From positions 96,001 through 160,000 of the IMG/VR virus record IMGVR_UViG_3300033073_001153: DNA of 64,000 nt; one strand, given 5' to 3'. The translations under genes were made by a program, and so were the position numbers. The stretch comes from a virus (lineage: Duplodnaviria > Caudoviricetes). Position 1 is the first letter of the stretch. Every line of letters starts with the position of its first letter. This document shows, one piece after another, positions 53,001-62,880 of this stretch. The notes below the pieces were generated by a model, which worked only from the letters and a program-made list of their open reading frames with translations, was not told the origin of the DNA and ran no database searches.

Positions 53001-54357
53001 TATCACACAACGTACACACTGCACTAATAATTTCCATATCCTCTTCATTTCGGCGCATGTCAGTGGTAATCTGCATTATAGCATTCATTCTCAAATTACT
53101 TGGTAGATCTTTCAAGGATTCAAACCATTTCTTAATAGACTTATCAGAATTAATAACTCTTATTAGAGTATTAATTTTATCTAACTGATAAGGAGTTAAT
53201 TTGTAGTTTGAATGTACCATATATTAGATGTTTGTCTAATTCTTTTCTTATGAAGTTATATTTCTCATGTTTATTTCATTCTGTCTCTCAGTTCTTCCAA
53301 AGATGTGAATTCGTACTTCACGGTTTCCCATGCTGCTCTTTCAATCTTCATAGCTTCTTTGGTGGTCAGTTCTTTTTCGTAATTAAACCAACTCAATGAG
53401 AATTTCTTGTCTTGGAATTCTTCTAGAATTACTGCACACCAACTAGATGCTAATTCTAATTTAGAGATTGTGTATTCTTTGCCAACCTCTAATAGTTCAT
53501 TAGCATCTTTTAGGATGTTTGTAAACCAGAAAGGTTGTGTAGTACCTTTAAAGGTAACTTTTGTTCCAAGCTTAGGCCACATTTTCATTACTCTTTATCT
53601 ACAAAGTTTCCACGGAAACAGTATTTGCCGTCTTCTTTATATGTCATGTAAACAACTACATCTTTTGTCTTTGCTTGAAGTTTGAGAAAGATTCGCAATT
53701 CATAAATGTTATCATATTTTTGAATAAAAGTAGCTTCTACTTTTTTATTGCGAAACAAACCAACTGGACCACAAATAAACCCCTTGCAAAAAGAAACTAC
53801 TTCATCATCAACAAATATTTCTTTCAATTTAAAATCAAGATCAGAATATTCTTCGTGTTGTCGAATTAATTGATTCTTAAAATGCTCTATCGATTCTTTC
53901 CATTGTTCTTCAGTAACATCTGGATAAGAAGGACTCTCTACATCTTTAAATGTATCTTCAATTGCAGTAAGTTTTTCGGAAATCGTTGAAGCAAAAGTAT
54001 CTACTAATTGTTTATTCTCTGGTAAATCTAAACAATCTTTTGCTTCATAATCAGGCTGTCCATATTGCTCTGGCGGAACTCCAGAGCAGGTTTTAAAGAA
54101 TCCAAATGCTTCTTCTTGAATTAACCTAACAACAGAAATGCAATCATAAGTATAATTCTTAAAACTAATTTCATGTTTGATTCTAACATCTTCATCTGTA
54201 GAGCTTTTAATATCTACAAGAAGATCATTCATATATTTGCTCTTCTGTGCCAAATTAAACAAAAGTAGATTAATTCTGTCGTATTTTGACATATTTTGAT
54301 GTTCGTTTGTCATATTAAAAGTATAATATATTTTTTGTTGTTTTCAAGTATTTCATT

Positions 54358-54669
54358 TTAAAAATTTATAAAAACTAAACCAGCTATTAATAATATCATT
54401 CCAATGATTTGAAAAATAGAAACACTCTGTCCCATTAACATAAATCCCACGAAATATCCAAAAGCACTAATAGCATCAAACCATGCTGAAAGTGATATCA
54501 AATTCGCTTTTGTGAATTTAATCAAAGCTAACCACAAAATTGTGTTTGCCAAACCAGAAATGAAACATATCCATATAGGAATTTCATTACTTAAAATTTT
54601 GGAATAAATCCAAGAACTAATTAAGCAGAAAACAAAAGTGGTTATTAAAATTGATACATTAAGAATCAT
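54358..54669 (-). CDS. small 4-TM SMR/DMT-like membrane protein
   Basis: Four TM segments, VSIFQIIGMILLIAG. Confidence 0.6.
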   Translation of the reverse strand: MILNVSILITTFVFCLISSWIYSKILSNEIPIWICFISGLANTILWLALIKFTKANLISLSAWFDAISAFGYFVGFMLMGQSVSIFQIIGMILLIAGLVFINF

Positions 54670-55332
54670 TCTGATTTAAATTTTTTCTTTGCTTCTTCTC
54701 TTAAAGAGGATTCGAATTTATCTAATTTATTAGTGATCGGAAGAAATAATCTTCTAAGATTATTACGAAGATCAAATGAAAATGTAGCTAATCTCCATTG
54801 CCAAGTAGAAGTAATTCGGTTCCATTCTTCTCTTTGCTTTTTATATCTAATAGATTCTTCTTCTAAGTTTGTTCGTTCTGCACTTTTTAGTTTGATTTCT
54901 TCAGCTAACTTTCCGTCTTTCACGTGTGCAGTGAAAGTAACAAATATTCTTTCTTCGTTTGTGTGATAAAAATCATAGAAATCAATATAAGCATTTCTTT
55001 GATCTAGAATCAATTCTGGTTTTCCTACAGTTTCTAAAAAACCAAAATTCCATTTTTTATTCGAATCTGGGGCTGATTCTTTGTATTTATACTCTTGCTT
55101 TTCCCAAGAGAAAGATCCGTCTTCTTTAATGTAGAAATTCGTCAAAGAATTGTCTAAATCTTTAGTTTGAAAACTAAAATAACCATTAAAAAATTCCGGA
55201 ACAATATCCGTACCTTCTATTGCTTTTTCTATTAAAGATTTAGCTACGTAAAAATTATCGTACATTCCTATTTGGATAGCCCTATCTTTCTATTTAAGTA
55301 AATATTTTAACACATAAAAAAATAAAAATCAA

Positions 55333-55542
55333 CTAAAAACCGTATTTTATTCTATTCAAAAATAATTTATGTTCGTCTAAAATTTCACATTTAAATTCGT
55401 TTCTTAGTGAGAATTTAATATAAATTCCAAATGCAGAAGCGGTTTCTGATACATCTGAAGTAGTAATACAATACCATTCTTTTCCGGTGAATTGTATTAC
55501 GGCATTATAAAATAAATCCTTATTTATAAAAACATATTTCAT
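55333..55542 (-). CDS. small protein, C-terminal KIKYGI family
   Basis: Ends DEHKLFLNRIKYGF. Confidence 0.7.
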   Translation of the reverse strand: MKYVFINKDLFYNAVIQFTGKEWYCITTSDVSETASAFGIYIKFSLRNEFKCEILDEHKLFLNRIKYGF

Positions 55543-55768
55543 TCGGGTTTAATTACGAATTCCGAATAATTTAATGCAAACATCATTGCTTTTCCTTTAT
55601 CTTCTACTTTAAAGCTTTTTACTTTTTCTTTTTTAGAAAAAGGACATAAAGGATCAAGAACTAAACCATGTTCTTCTCGCATTTTTGTTATGTAATCAGA
55701 AAGAGAAAGGTAATCTTTTGAACGTGGATCAGAAACTCTGTGTGAATTTTTAATAAAAATCCAATCAC

Positions 55769-56278
55769 TCATTTTTTAAAATATTCATTCATCATTTTAC
55801 GCAAAGTTTGAATTGCAGTAGTTTGGTGAAATCCTACATTACCAGAAGTAGTTTTTAGTTTTTCCGCACATTCATTGTAATTAAAATCCTTAAAAAATCT
55901 AAGTTTTAGAATGTCACGTTGACGCTTTGTGAGCTTTTTCATGTATCGCTTCAAAACTTTCTTATAGACATTCATGTCAAATTCTTCACTAGGATTTCTA
56001 CTTTCATCCATTTCATCTTGATCGTTTTCGTTAATTTCACAAAAACGATTTCGTTTTGAAATGTATTTAAAACATAAATTTCTACAAACAACGAACAACC
56101 ATGAATCGAAACGATCTTTTAGATTTTCATAATCTTGTTTATATAGTCTTACAAAACATTCTTGTACAACATCTTGTGATAGATATTCGTCTTTCAGTAA
56201 ACGATATGCATATGCATACAACTTACGATATTTATCTTTATAAAGTTCGTTAAAAATCTCAGTAGGTATTGTATTCAT
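55769..56278 (-). CDS. ECF-type sigma70 factor
   Basis: Region 2 DVVQECF..FDSWLFVVCRN; region 4 LTKRQRDILKLRF...YNECAEKL. Confidence 0.85.
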   Translation of the reverse strand: MNTIPTEIFNELYKDKYRKLYAYAYRLLKDEYLSQDVVQECFVRLYKQDYENLKDRFDSWLFVVCRNLCFKYISKRNRFCEINENDQDEMDESRNPSEEFDMNVYKKVLKRYMKKLTKRQRDILKLRFFKDFNYNECAEKLKTTSGNVGFHQTTAIQTLRKMMNEYFKK

Positions 56279-56643
56279 AGTATATATTCGTTGAATCTGA
56301 TTTTAAATAACATTAATTTCTTTTCACAAATTGGACGGAAATAAGCAAATTTCCATGTAAGATAAGTTAATTCTAAACCAAAATTAGTTTCTAAAATCTG
56401 TTTGAGTTTATATTTATTCCAGTATGAAATTCCTAATTCTTCAGAGATCTCACGTTTGACTTTAATCCTCGTTCGTTTTGAAATCTTTTTCATCTTGGAT
56501 ATATTCTGCTTCAAAAGCTTTCCCACAATACTCACATTTCTTAACGAAGTCAACTTTTTCATCATTCACTTCTAAAATATCCATAAAAGCATTATCGCAA
56601 TCCAAGCAATAAAAACGACAGAGTTTTTTCATTAAATACATAT

Positions 56644-57012
56644 ATGTTGAAATTTAACCAACTAATGGACGAGATCCTAACTGAATCAAAGAAAACTGTC
56701 AACGAATTTGAAAAATTTGTCGAAGCTCGCAAGAGTGGTGCGGATAAAATTAGAAAAACGGCAGAATCAAAGGGTGGACCTGCAAAGCTAACGGCAATTC
56801 ATTTCGCCGCCAAAGAAAAACCTTATAATCAAGCTCTACGTACACTAGAAAAGCCAGATTTTGAAAAAACAATAAAGTCCAAAGCAAACGCTCTAGCAGC
56901 AAGAATACAAGGATGGCACAAGATGACTCAACGTGAGTTTCAAGATCTGATGGGTCAGTTGGAGGCATATGGTGAAGTGTATTTAGAGCACAAAAAAAGC
57001 TCACACCGTTAA
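56644..57012 (+). CDS. MLKFNQLMDEILTE-tag protein
   Basis: TAAATA upstream; second tag class. Confidence 0.7.
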   Translation: MLKFNQLMDEILTESKKTVNEFEKFVEARKSGADKIRKTAESKGGPAKLTAIHFAAKEKPYNQALRTLEKPDFEKTIKSKANALAARIQGWHKMTQREFQDLMGQLEAYGEVYLEHKKSSHR

Positions 57013-57024
57013 GTGTGAGCTTTT
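56995..57024. terminator. bidirectional terminator
   Basis: AAAAGCTCACAC / GTGTGAGCTTTT between convergent genes. Confidence 0.75.
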
Positions 57025-57036
57025 AAGTGATTCGGT

Positions 57037-58836
57037 TTACCGTAGTAGACTCAAATAATGTACGGTATAAGATTCTCCCATAATAGATTCTATTGATTTT
57101 CCTTTTGCTCCTTTACCCATAGCTACTAATTTCTTAACGAAATTATTATATTTAGAAGCATCAATTTCGCCGCCGCCTTCACGTTTAAATTTGTCTAATG
57201 CAGACATTTTAATTTTATCTCTCCATGATTTTGGATCTAATGGTTCTCCATTATATTTTTGGAAATCTGCTGAAGTAGCAGATACGTCTCCGGTTCCTCC
57301 AGTGTAATCACTATCTCCTCCTGCTTCGGTGTCTCCTGTATCACTGGGTTTTAATGGTTGAGCATTTCCTACCGAATCTGATGTATGATCATCAAACATT
57401 CCTTTAATTACACCACCAATTGCTCCTGCTGCTGCTCCTTTTCCTGCTCCTTTTAATACAGATTTTCCTAATTCTTTTCCAGAAAACTTTTTATTACTAA
57501 ATCCTTGTGAAGCAATATTTTTAGCAGCACTAGTACCAGCACCAAATAATGCGCCACTAGCAGCACCAGTAGCAGCAGTTCCTAGGGTTCCTCCACCAAA
57601 TAAACCTGCTTTTGTTAACATCGGAATTAACACTGCTGGTCCACCAACGGCAACACCAATAGCAGCAATAATTCCCAATAAAGTACCAGCAGTACGTTTT
57701 GGATTAGCTTTTACCCAATTAATTGCTTTACGAATAATTCCTTCTTTATTCTTTGTAGCAGGCGCAGATACTCCTGTATATGGTAATTCTTTAGATTTTA
57801 TATCAGAAGTAGTAGAAGAAATAGGTTCTACTTGAATATCATCTGATTTTGGTTCTATCCTAGTAAGATTAGAAGACCCTCCATATCCTAACTGTGGGGA
57901 TACTCTTTCTTTTCCTGAAGAAACCGGAACTAAAGAACCTTCATCACCTTTTAAAACATCAGTTTTTGGTCTCTTACCTAAACTAGTAATAGGAGCACGT
58001 TGACTAACTTGATCTTTGCCTCCTAATTTCTTTGATAAAGTTTCACTAAACTTAGCGATTTGTTTATCGGAATATTTTTTCTTTAATTCGTCTGCCACTT
58101 GTTTTGCATACTTAGCAATAGACATCGGCTTTTCTTTCGATTCTGCCTTTTTTCCTTTTGTACTTTGATTAGATTTTTTTTGTCGTTCTTCTTCTTGTTT
58201 TTTATTTAAAGTTTCCGCATTTTCTCTTCTTTTTCGTTTAACAATTGCTTTATGTGGATTGCTCCTTTTTTCGATTGTTTCTGGAAGTCCTTCGGCATAT
58301 TTTTTTGAATATCCTGATACTACTTTTGCTTCTGTTAAAATTTGTTCATTAACAAATGAATAACGTTCTAACATTCTTTGAATATTAGATTCAGTTAATA
58401 CGCTAGAAGCAAAGAAAAGTTTATTTAAATAAACTGCCTCGTTATTAGTTGCTGGTTCTTCTGAAGAGGCTTCTTTATTTAAAGTAGCCATTCCTTTCTT
58501 AGCGAGTTCTTTTAACTTTTCTGGATCTTTTAAATCTTCAATTCCTTTTAAATCCTCTGGAGTAGCAGTTTTCTTAATTAAACTGAATAATAATTGTATT
58601 CCTTTATTAGCTACATAAGAAGCAGCTTTTCCTATTCCGCCTTTAACTTTACTGAATGCATCTCCTAACATTCCTTCTGTAACCAATTCTTGGATACATT
58701 CTAAATCATATTTGTATAAATCATGAATTTGTTTAAGAGGATCAGAACTATAAAAATCTGCTACACTTTGTTCTAAAATGAATTGCTTTCGGTGATTAGA
58801 ATAAGCCTCGAAAATAGGATCAGTACTATACTTCAT
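57037..58836 (-). CDS. large tagged protein with Gly/Ala-rich hydrophobic region, candidate ejected membrane-inserting protein
   Basis: N-terminal PIFEAY; multiple (I/L)xE sites; glycine-zipper-like GxxxG runs; TAAATA at 58843-58848. Confidence 0.55.
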   Translation of the reverse strand: MKYSTDPIFEAYSNHRKQFILEQSVADFYSSDPLKQIHDLYKYDLECIQELVTEGMLGDAFSKVKGGIGKAASYVANKGIQLLFSLIKKTATPEDLKGIEDLKDPEKLKELAKKGMATLNKEASSEEPATNNEAVYLNKLFFASSVLTESNIQRMLERYSFVNEQILTEAKVVSGYSKKYAEGLPETIEKRSNPHKAIVKRKRRENAETLNKKQEEERQKKSNQSTKGKKAESKEKPMSIAKYAKQVADELKKKYSDKQIAKFSETLSKKLGGKDQVSQRAPITSLGKRPKTDVLKGDEGSLVPVSSGKERVSPQLGYGGSSNLTRIEPKSDDIQVEPISSTTSDIKSKELPYTGVSAPATKNKEGIIRKAINWVKANPKRTAGTLLGIIAAIGVAVGGPAVLIPMLTKAGLFGGGTLGTAATGAASGALFGAGTSAAKNIASQGFSNKKFSGKELGKSVLKGAGKGAAAGAIGGVIKGMFDDHTSDSVGNAQPLKPSDTGDTEAGGDSDYTGGTGDVSATSADFQKYNGEPLDPKSWRDKIKMSALDKFKREGGGEIDASKYNNFVKKLVAMGKGAKGKSIESIMGESYTVHYLSLLR

Positions 58837-59743
58837 AGTAACTATTTACCTTAAAAAAGATTATTTTTAGTAAAATAATAGTGTAAATAGTCAAATTCTT
58901 TTACTGTCATCCAATGCATGTTGACTTCTAAAAAGTCCGACATTCTTACTTCATCCCATTCATGGGCACCATAAGTGTATACTCCGTCTTTATAATCAAT
59001 TGGATAATTAAACAAAGTCTTGAAAAGTATGACTTTATCGGCTAAAGACATACTTTTTAACTTACCATTCACTTCACGAGTAACTTTGCTAAACTCCATA
59101 TAATTATTTAGAGTTTTTTAACAAAATGTAGTAATAATCGTAATACATCATCTTCTGTTATACAATTAACTATTCTACTTTCTGTATACAGAACTTTAGC
59201 TTCTGACCATTCTGGTTCTAAAAGATGTATACATTCGTGTATTATTGTGGGAATCAAATCTTTTCTGTAATCTAATATAATACCATCTTCCCATTCACAG
59301 TATCCGTGTACTCCTTTTAACTTTTTAAAAGTAAAGAAACCTCGTTTTTGTTTTTTGATAACGTCTACGACACGTTCAAACAATTCGAGGCTTTCTTTTT
59401 TAGTTAATTTCTTATTATTGGACACTAAAATTATTTAGTGCTCAATTCTTGAAAACCGCATAAACAGCCATCATGTGAACGATTCCTACAAAAAATAAGA
59501 TAATTTTTGAGAAATCCGAATTTTCCTTTCTCCTCTTTCTTCTCAGAAAACGATATCTGATCCATTCTTCGTTATTTGTAAGTTTAGTCGCTTTTTTCAT
59601 CGCCAAGTACCTTTTCTAATATTTTGATAATTGTTACCCAGATGAGTATTTGATACCACGAAACTGTGTTGGACACAACACCAAAGTAACGTAAGGCGAA
59701 AAAAGAAAATAAGAGTACCATCACCTTATTTATCTTTTGCAGG

Positions 59744-59846
59744 AAAAAAGAAACCCACTCTCTTCAGTAGTGACAGAGAGTGGGTTAAGCACGTGACCAA
59801 TCGTCGTTTGTGGTAGCGAATTCCACTTAGTGCATATTAGTATTTA
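59744..59846 (-). ncRNA. candidate small RNA: TAAATA promoter, about 50-nt three-helix fold, strong terminator
   Basis: GCAC/GTGC, GTGG/CCAC, GAC/GTC helices; AACCCACTCTCT/AGAGAGTGGGTT plus T-tract. Confidence 0.45.
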
Positions 59847-60175
59847 TTCATTTCTAGCAATTTTTCCAAGCTCTAATTGAATGTTTGTTTTGATTGTATC
59901 GGCTTCTGTTTTTCCTCTCACATAACCGAGATAATAAACAAATCCATACACAGATAAATCAAGTACGATTGCAAGTGTTAATAGAATTTTATTTTTCATA
60001 GAGTTTTTTTAGCTGAAGTTACTTCTTATTTTCTGTTCTGTTTCTAAAGTCATCTGAAATTTCACACATAATATAGAAATATACACTTTTTTATAGAAAA
60101 ATCAAGAAACTAAAAATATTTTTCACAAACATTAATAAAATCACATCATTTAGACTAAATAATCCTATAGACTTT

Positions 60176-61480
60176 ATGATATCTATTAAATGTAAAATTA
60201 TTAACGATATTCAAATTGATGATTATGTTCGTCAATTTAATAATGTTAAACGTTTTTCTTATAATAGATTCAAAGATGGTTTTGGGTTTAGCCAAATCAA
60301 TAAACTCACTAAGAAATTAAACAATCTCGATCTTTTAGATGCTTCTATTATTGAAGGAGCAATGATGAAAGCTAAAGAAGTTTACGACCGTAATGGTGAT
60401 AAAAAGGTTATATTTGGTGGTAAGAGTAACTTTAATAAGTTAAAATATAATAAAGAATCAGCTAAACCACTTAATAAAAATGTAAATTTATGGATAGCTG
60501 GTAAATCTAATCAGCATGGAAATCGTAAGTTTAATTTTGATTTTGAAAATAACACAGTAGTTTTCAAACCTAATAGAAATGTTAAAATACCAATTATCTT
60601 TCAAGAGCCTTCTAAAAATCAAAAGAAGTTTTTAAAGAAAGCACAAGAACTAACTAAAACAAATCAAGTTTCTATTTCTGTTACACTTTCAAAAGAATAT
60701 GTTACGTTCGCTTTAGAAGAAAGTATTATTTGTAGTAATAAACAAAATCCGATTAAGAATCGTGTATTAGCTCTAGACTCCAATCCAGAGAACATTGGTA
60801 TTTCTGTTATAGATTGGATTGATACAGATACTAAAACAATCGTTCATAAAGAAGTTATTGATCTAAAAGAACTTAGAGATCTAAGTACGAACAAGAAGCA
60901 TCACGAGATTTTCAGCGTTTCTCAAAGAATTGCTAAGTTAGCTAAACATTATCAATGTGAGTTAGTATGTTTCGAAAAACTTACTATCAAATCTAAAGAT
61001 AATGGTAAAGGTAAGTTATACAATAGTTTAGTTAATAACAACTGGAATCGTATTAAGTTTTTCCAAAACCTTACTAAATGGTGTAATATATTTGGTATCA
61101 AGACACAAGAAGTTGCAGCAGAATTTTCGAGTTTTATTGGTCAATTAACAAATGAGAATGATGTAGATATGGTAGCAGCTTCTATTGAGATCTCTCGTAG
61201 AGGTTTCTTGTTTTACAATCATTACGTTGCTAAAAGAATTTCGTCAGTAAATGGTGGAAAGGTGAACATAGTTTACCCTGAGTTTAATGTTAGTTCTCTA
61301 CCTACTCGTTGGAAGAAAATGGTAGAGAATGACGAAGCATTAGGTTCATGGAAGAAACTATACTATCACTTAAAAAAATCTAAAACGAGTTATAGATTTT
61401 CTCTAAAAGACTGGAAACAGTCCAAAGAGTTTTTAAGGCACAAATCTAGAAAAAGTAATATTTTTCTATATTTTGGCTAA
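60176..61480 (+). CDS. tnpB: TnpB-like (IS200/IS605-related) RuvC nuclease, no adjacent transposase
   Basis: RFSYNR N-terminus; RuvC-I LALDSNP, RuvC-II CFEKL, RuvC-III DMVAASIEISRRG. Confidence 0.7.
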   Translation: MISIKCKIINDIQIDDYVRQFNNVKRFSYNRFKDGFGFSQINKLTKKLNNLDLLDASIIEGAMMKAKEVYDRNGDKKVIFGGKSNFNKLKYNKESAKPLNKNVNLWIAGKSNQHGNRKFNFDFENNTVVFKPNRNVKIPIIFQEPSKNQKKFLKKAQELTKTNQVSISVTLSKEYVTFALEESIICSNKQNPIKNRVLALDSNPENIGISVIDWIDTDTKTIVHKEVIDLKELRDLSTNKKHHEIFSVSQRIAKLAKHYQCELVCFEKLTIKSKDNGKGKLYNSLVNNNWNRIKFFQNLTKWCNIFGIKTQEVAAEFSSFIGQLTNENDVDMVAASIEISRRGFLFYNHYVAKRISSVNGGKVNIVYPEFNVSSLPTRWKKMVENDEALGSWKKLYYHLKKSKTSYRFSLKDWKQSKEFLRHKSRKSNIFLYFG

Positions 61481-62009
61481 CTCGATGGGATCAATACGAA
61501 ACATCCAAAATATTTACAATGTTTTGTACTTCTCTTCAGCTTCTTCTAATGTTTTGAAAGTAAAACCTTTGGTTCCCCATTCAGAATTACATGGATATGT
61601 TTCTGAAGGTTCGATGTAATTTTCACCCAAATGAAAACCATCGTGCTTTGAAATTAAGATAACTTCATAAGCAAAAGTCTTCTTTCCTTTGGATTGCTTA
61701 AAGATAGCTTTTTTCTTTGTACGTTTGATCATTTCAAAATCAAATCCGTATTTTGAAAAAGATTCTTTTAATTGTTTATATTCTATGGTTTTCATTTAAT
61801 CGTTTTTCACTAGTTCTGAGAAATCATCAAAATCATATCCATATGATTCGGCCAAACTAACAATTTCATCAATATCTACTTCTACTTCGTCGTCAATTAA
61901 TGTTAGATAATAACTAATTGCCTTTTCTTTGGCAGACTTTTCATTTGAGGATCTATCAAAAATAATTTCAAAATTTTCGATAATCTCTTCGTTATGTTCT
62001 TTGAATAGT

Positions 62010-62633
62010 TTATTCATCATGATGTAAGGTGTTGATTGATTTGAGAGACATAATAGTTTCAATTTCTAGCATTGTCAACGGTTTTTTGTGGATGTCCCAT
62101 CCACAATCTAGAATTTTGTGAGTTTTATTTTCTGGTCTGGAAATAGGATTATGACCGTGTGAATGTCCACAAAGGTGCATCGATCCATTAGTCATATTAT
62201 CATAAACTTGAATCGGAAAATGAAAACAAATAAATTCTTTCTTATGATTTCTAAATGTGTAGTAATGTCCCAAATAACGAATAAAGATTCCTTTATTAAA
62301 GGCACAAACTTGTTCTCTTGTTCCTCCGTAAGATCTTTGAATCGGATTGTTATGATTGCCCCACAACATCCAAATTTCTTTAATTTTTAGTTTACTGAGA
62401 ATGTCAAAATATTGTTCTTGTGTGGTGTTTAAACAAAAATCACCCAAGTGTAAAAGAATTCCATTTTCACCAACAGTATCATTAATGATACGAATCATAT
62501 CCTCAGTCATTTCTTGAGGATTATCATATCCTCTAGTCTTATAGAGAAATTCTCGATTATGATTAAAATGTGTATCTGAAGTTACAAACAAATTATTGTA
62601 AACTTCGTCAGAGAGTTTTTCCATTACTTGCAT
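62010..62633 (-). CDS. calcineurin-like phosphoesterase
   Basis: SDTHFNH, HLGDF, GNHN, HFP, GHSHG. Confidence 0.85.
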   Translation of the reverse strand: MQVMEKLSDEVYNNLFVTSDTHFNHNREFLYKTRGYDNPQEMTEDMIRIINDTVGENGILLHLGDFCLNTTQEQYFDILSKLKIKEIWMLWGNHNNPIQRSYGGTREQVCAFNKGIFIRYLGHYYTFRNHKKEFICFHFPIQVYDNMTNGSMHLCGHSHGHNPISRPENKTHKILDCGWDIHKKPLTMLEIETIMSLKSINTLHHDE

Positions 62634-62634
62634 A

Positions 62635-62880
62635 TTAAAGTCCGTGTTTAATCTTTGCTAAAAAGAATTTTTGTTTGTTTATTACTTTTCTTTTATTTTC
62701 CCAATTTTGGCAATACCAAGATACCTCGTCATATTTGATGCCTAAATATTCCTCATCGTATTTCCTTCTTGCTTCTATATCATTTCCAAAGTCGTGTTGT
62801 TGTTCCCACCATTCTATAAAAATAGATTGGTAGATAAAAGGATTATTTAAAACTACTTCCATATGCAATATGTTTTCCAA
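62635..62880 (-). CDS. small protein, C-terminal KIKYGI family
   Basis: Ends NKQKFFLAKIKHGL. Confidence 0.7.
   Translation of the reverse strand: MENILHMEVVLNNPFIYQSIFIEWWEQQHDFGNDIEARRKYDEEYLGIKYDEVSWYCQNWENKRKVINKQKFFLAKIKHGL

Noticed and set aside
60176-61480. Cas12f/Cas14 CRISPR effector
   Set aside because: No repeat-spacer array or cas genes in the window; kept as TnpB-like
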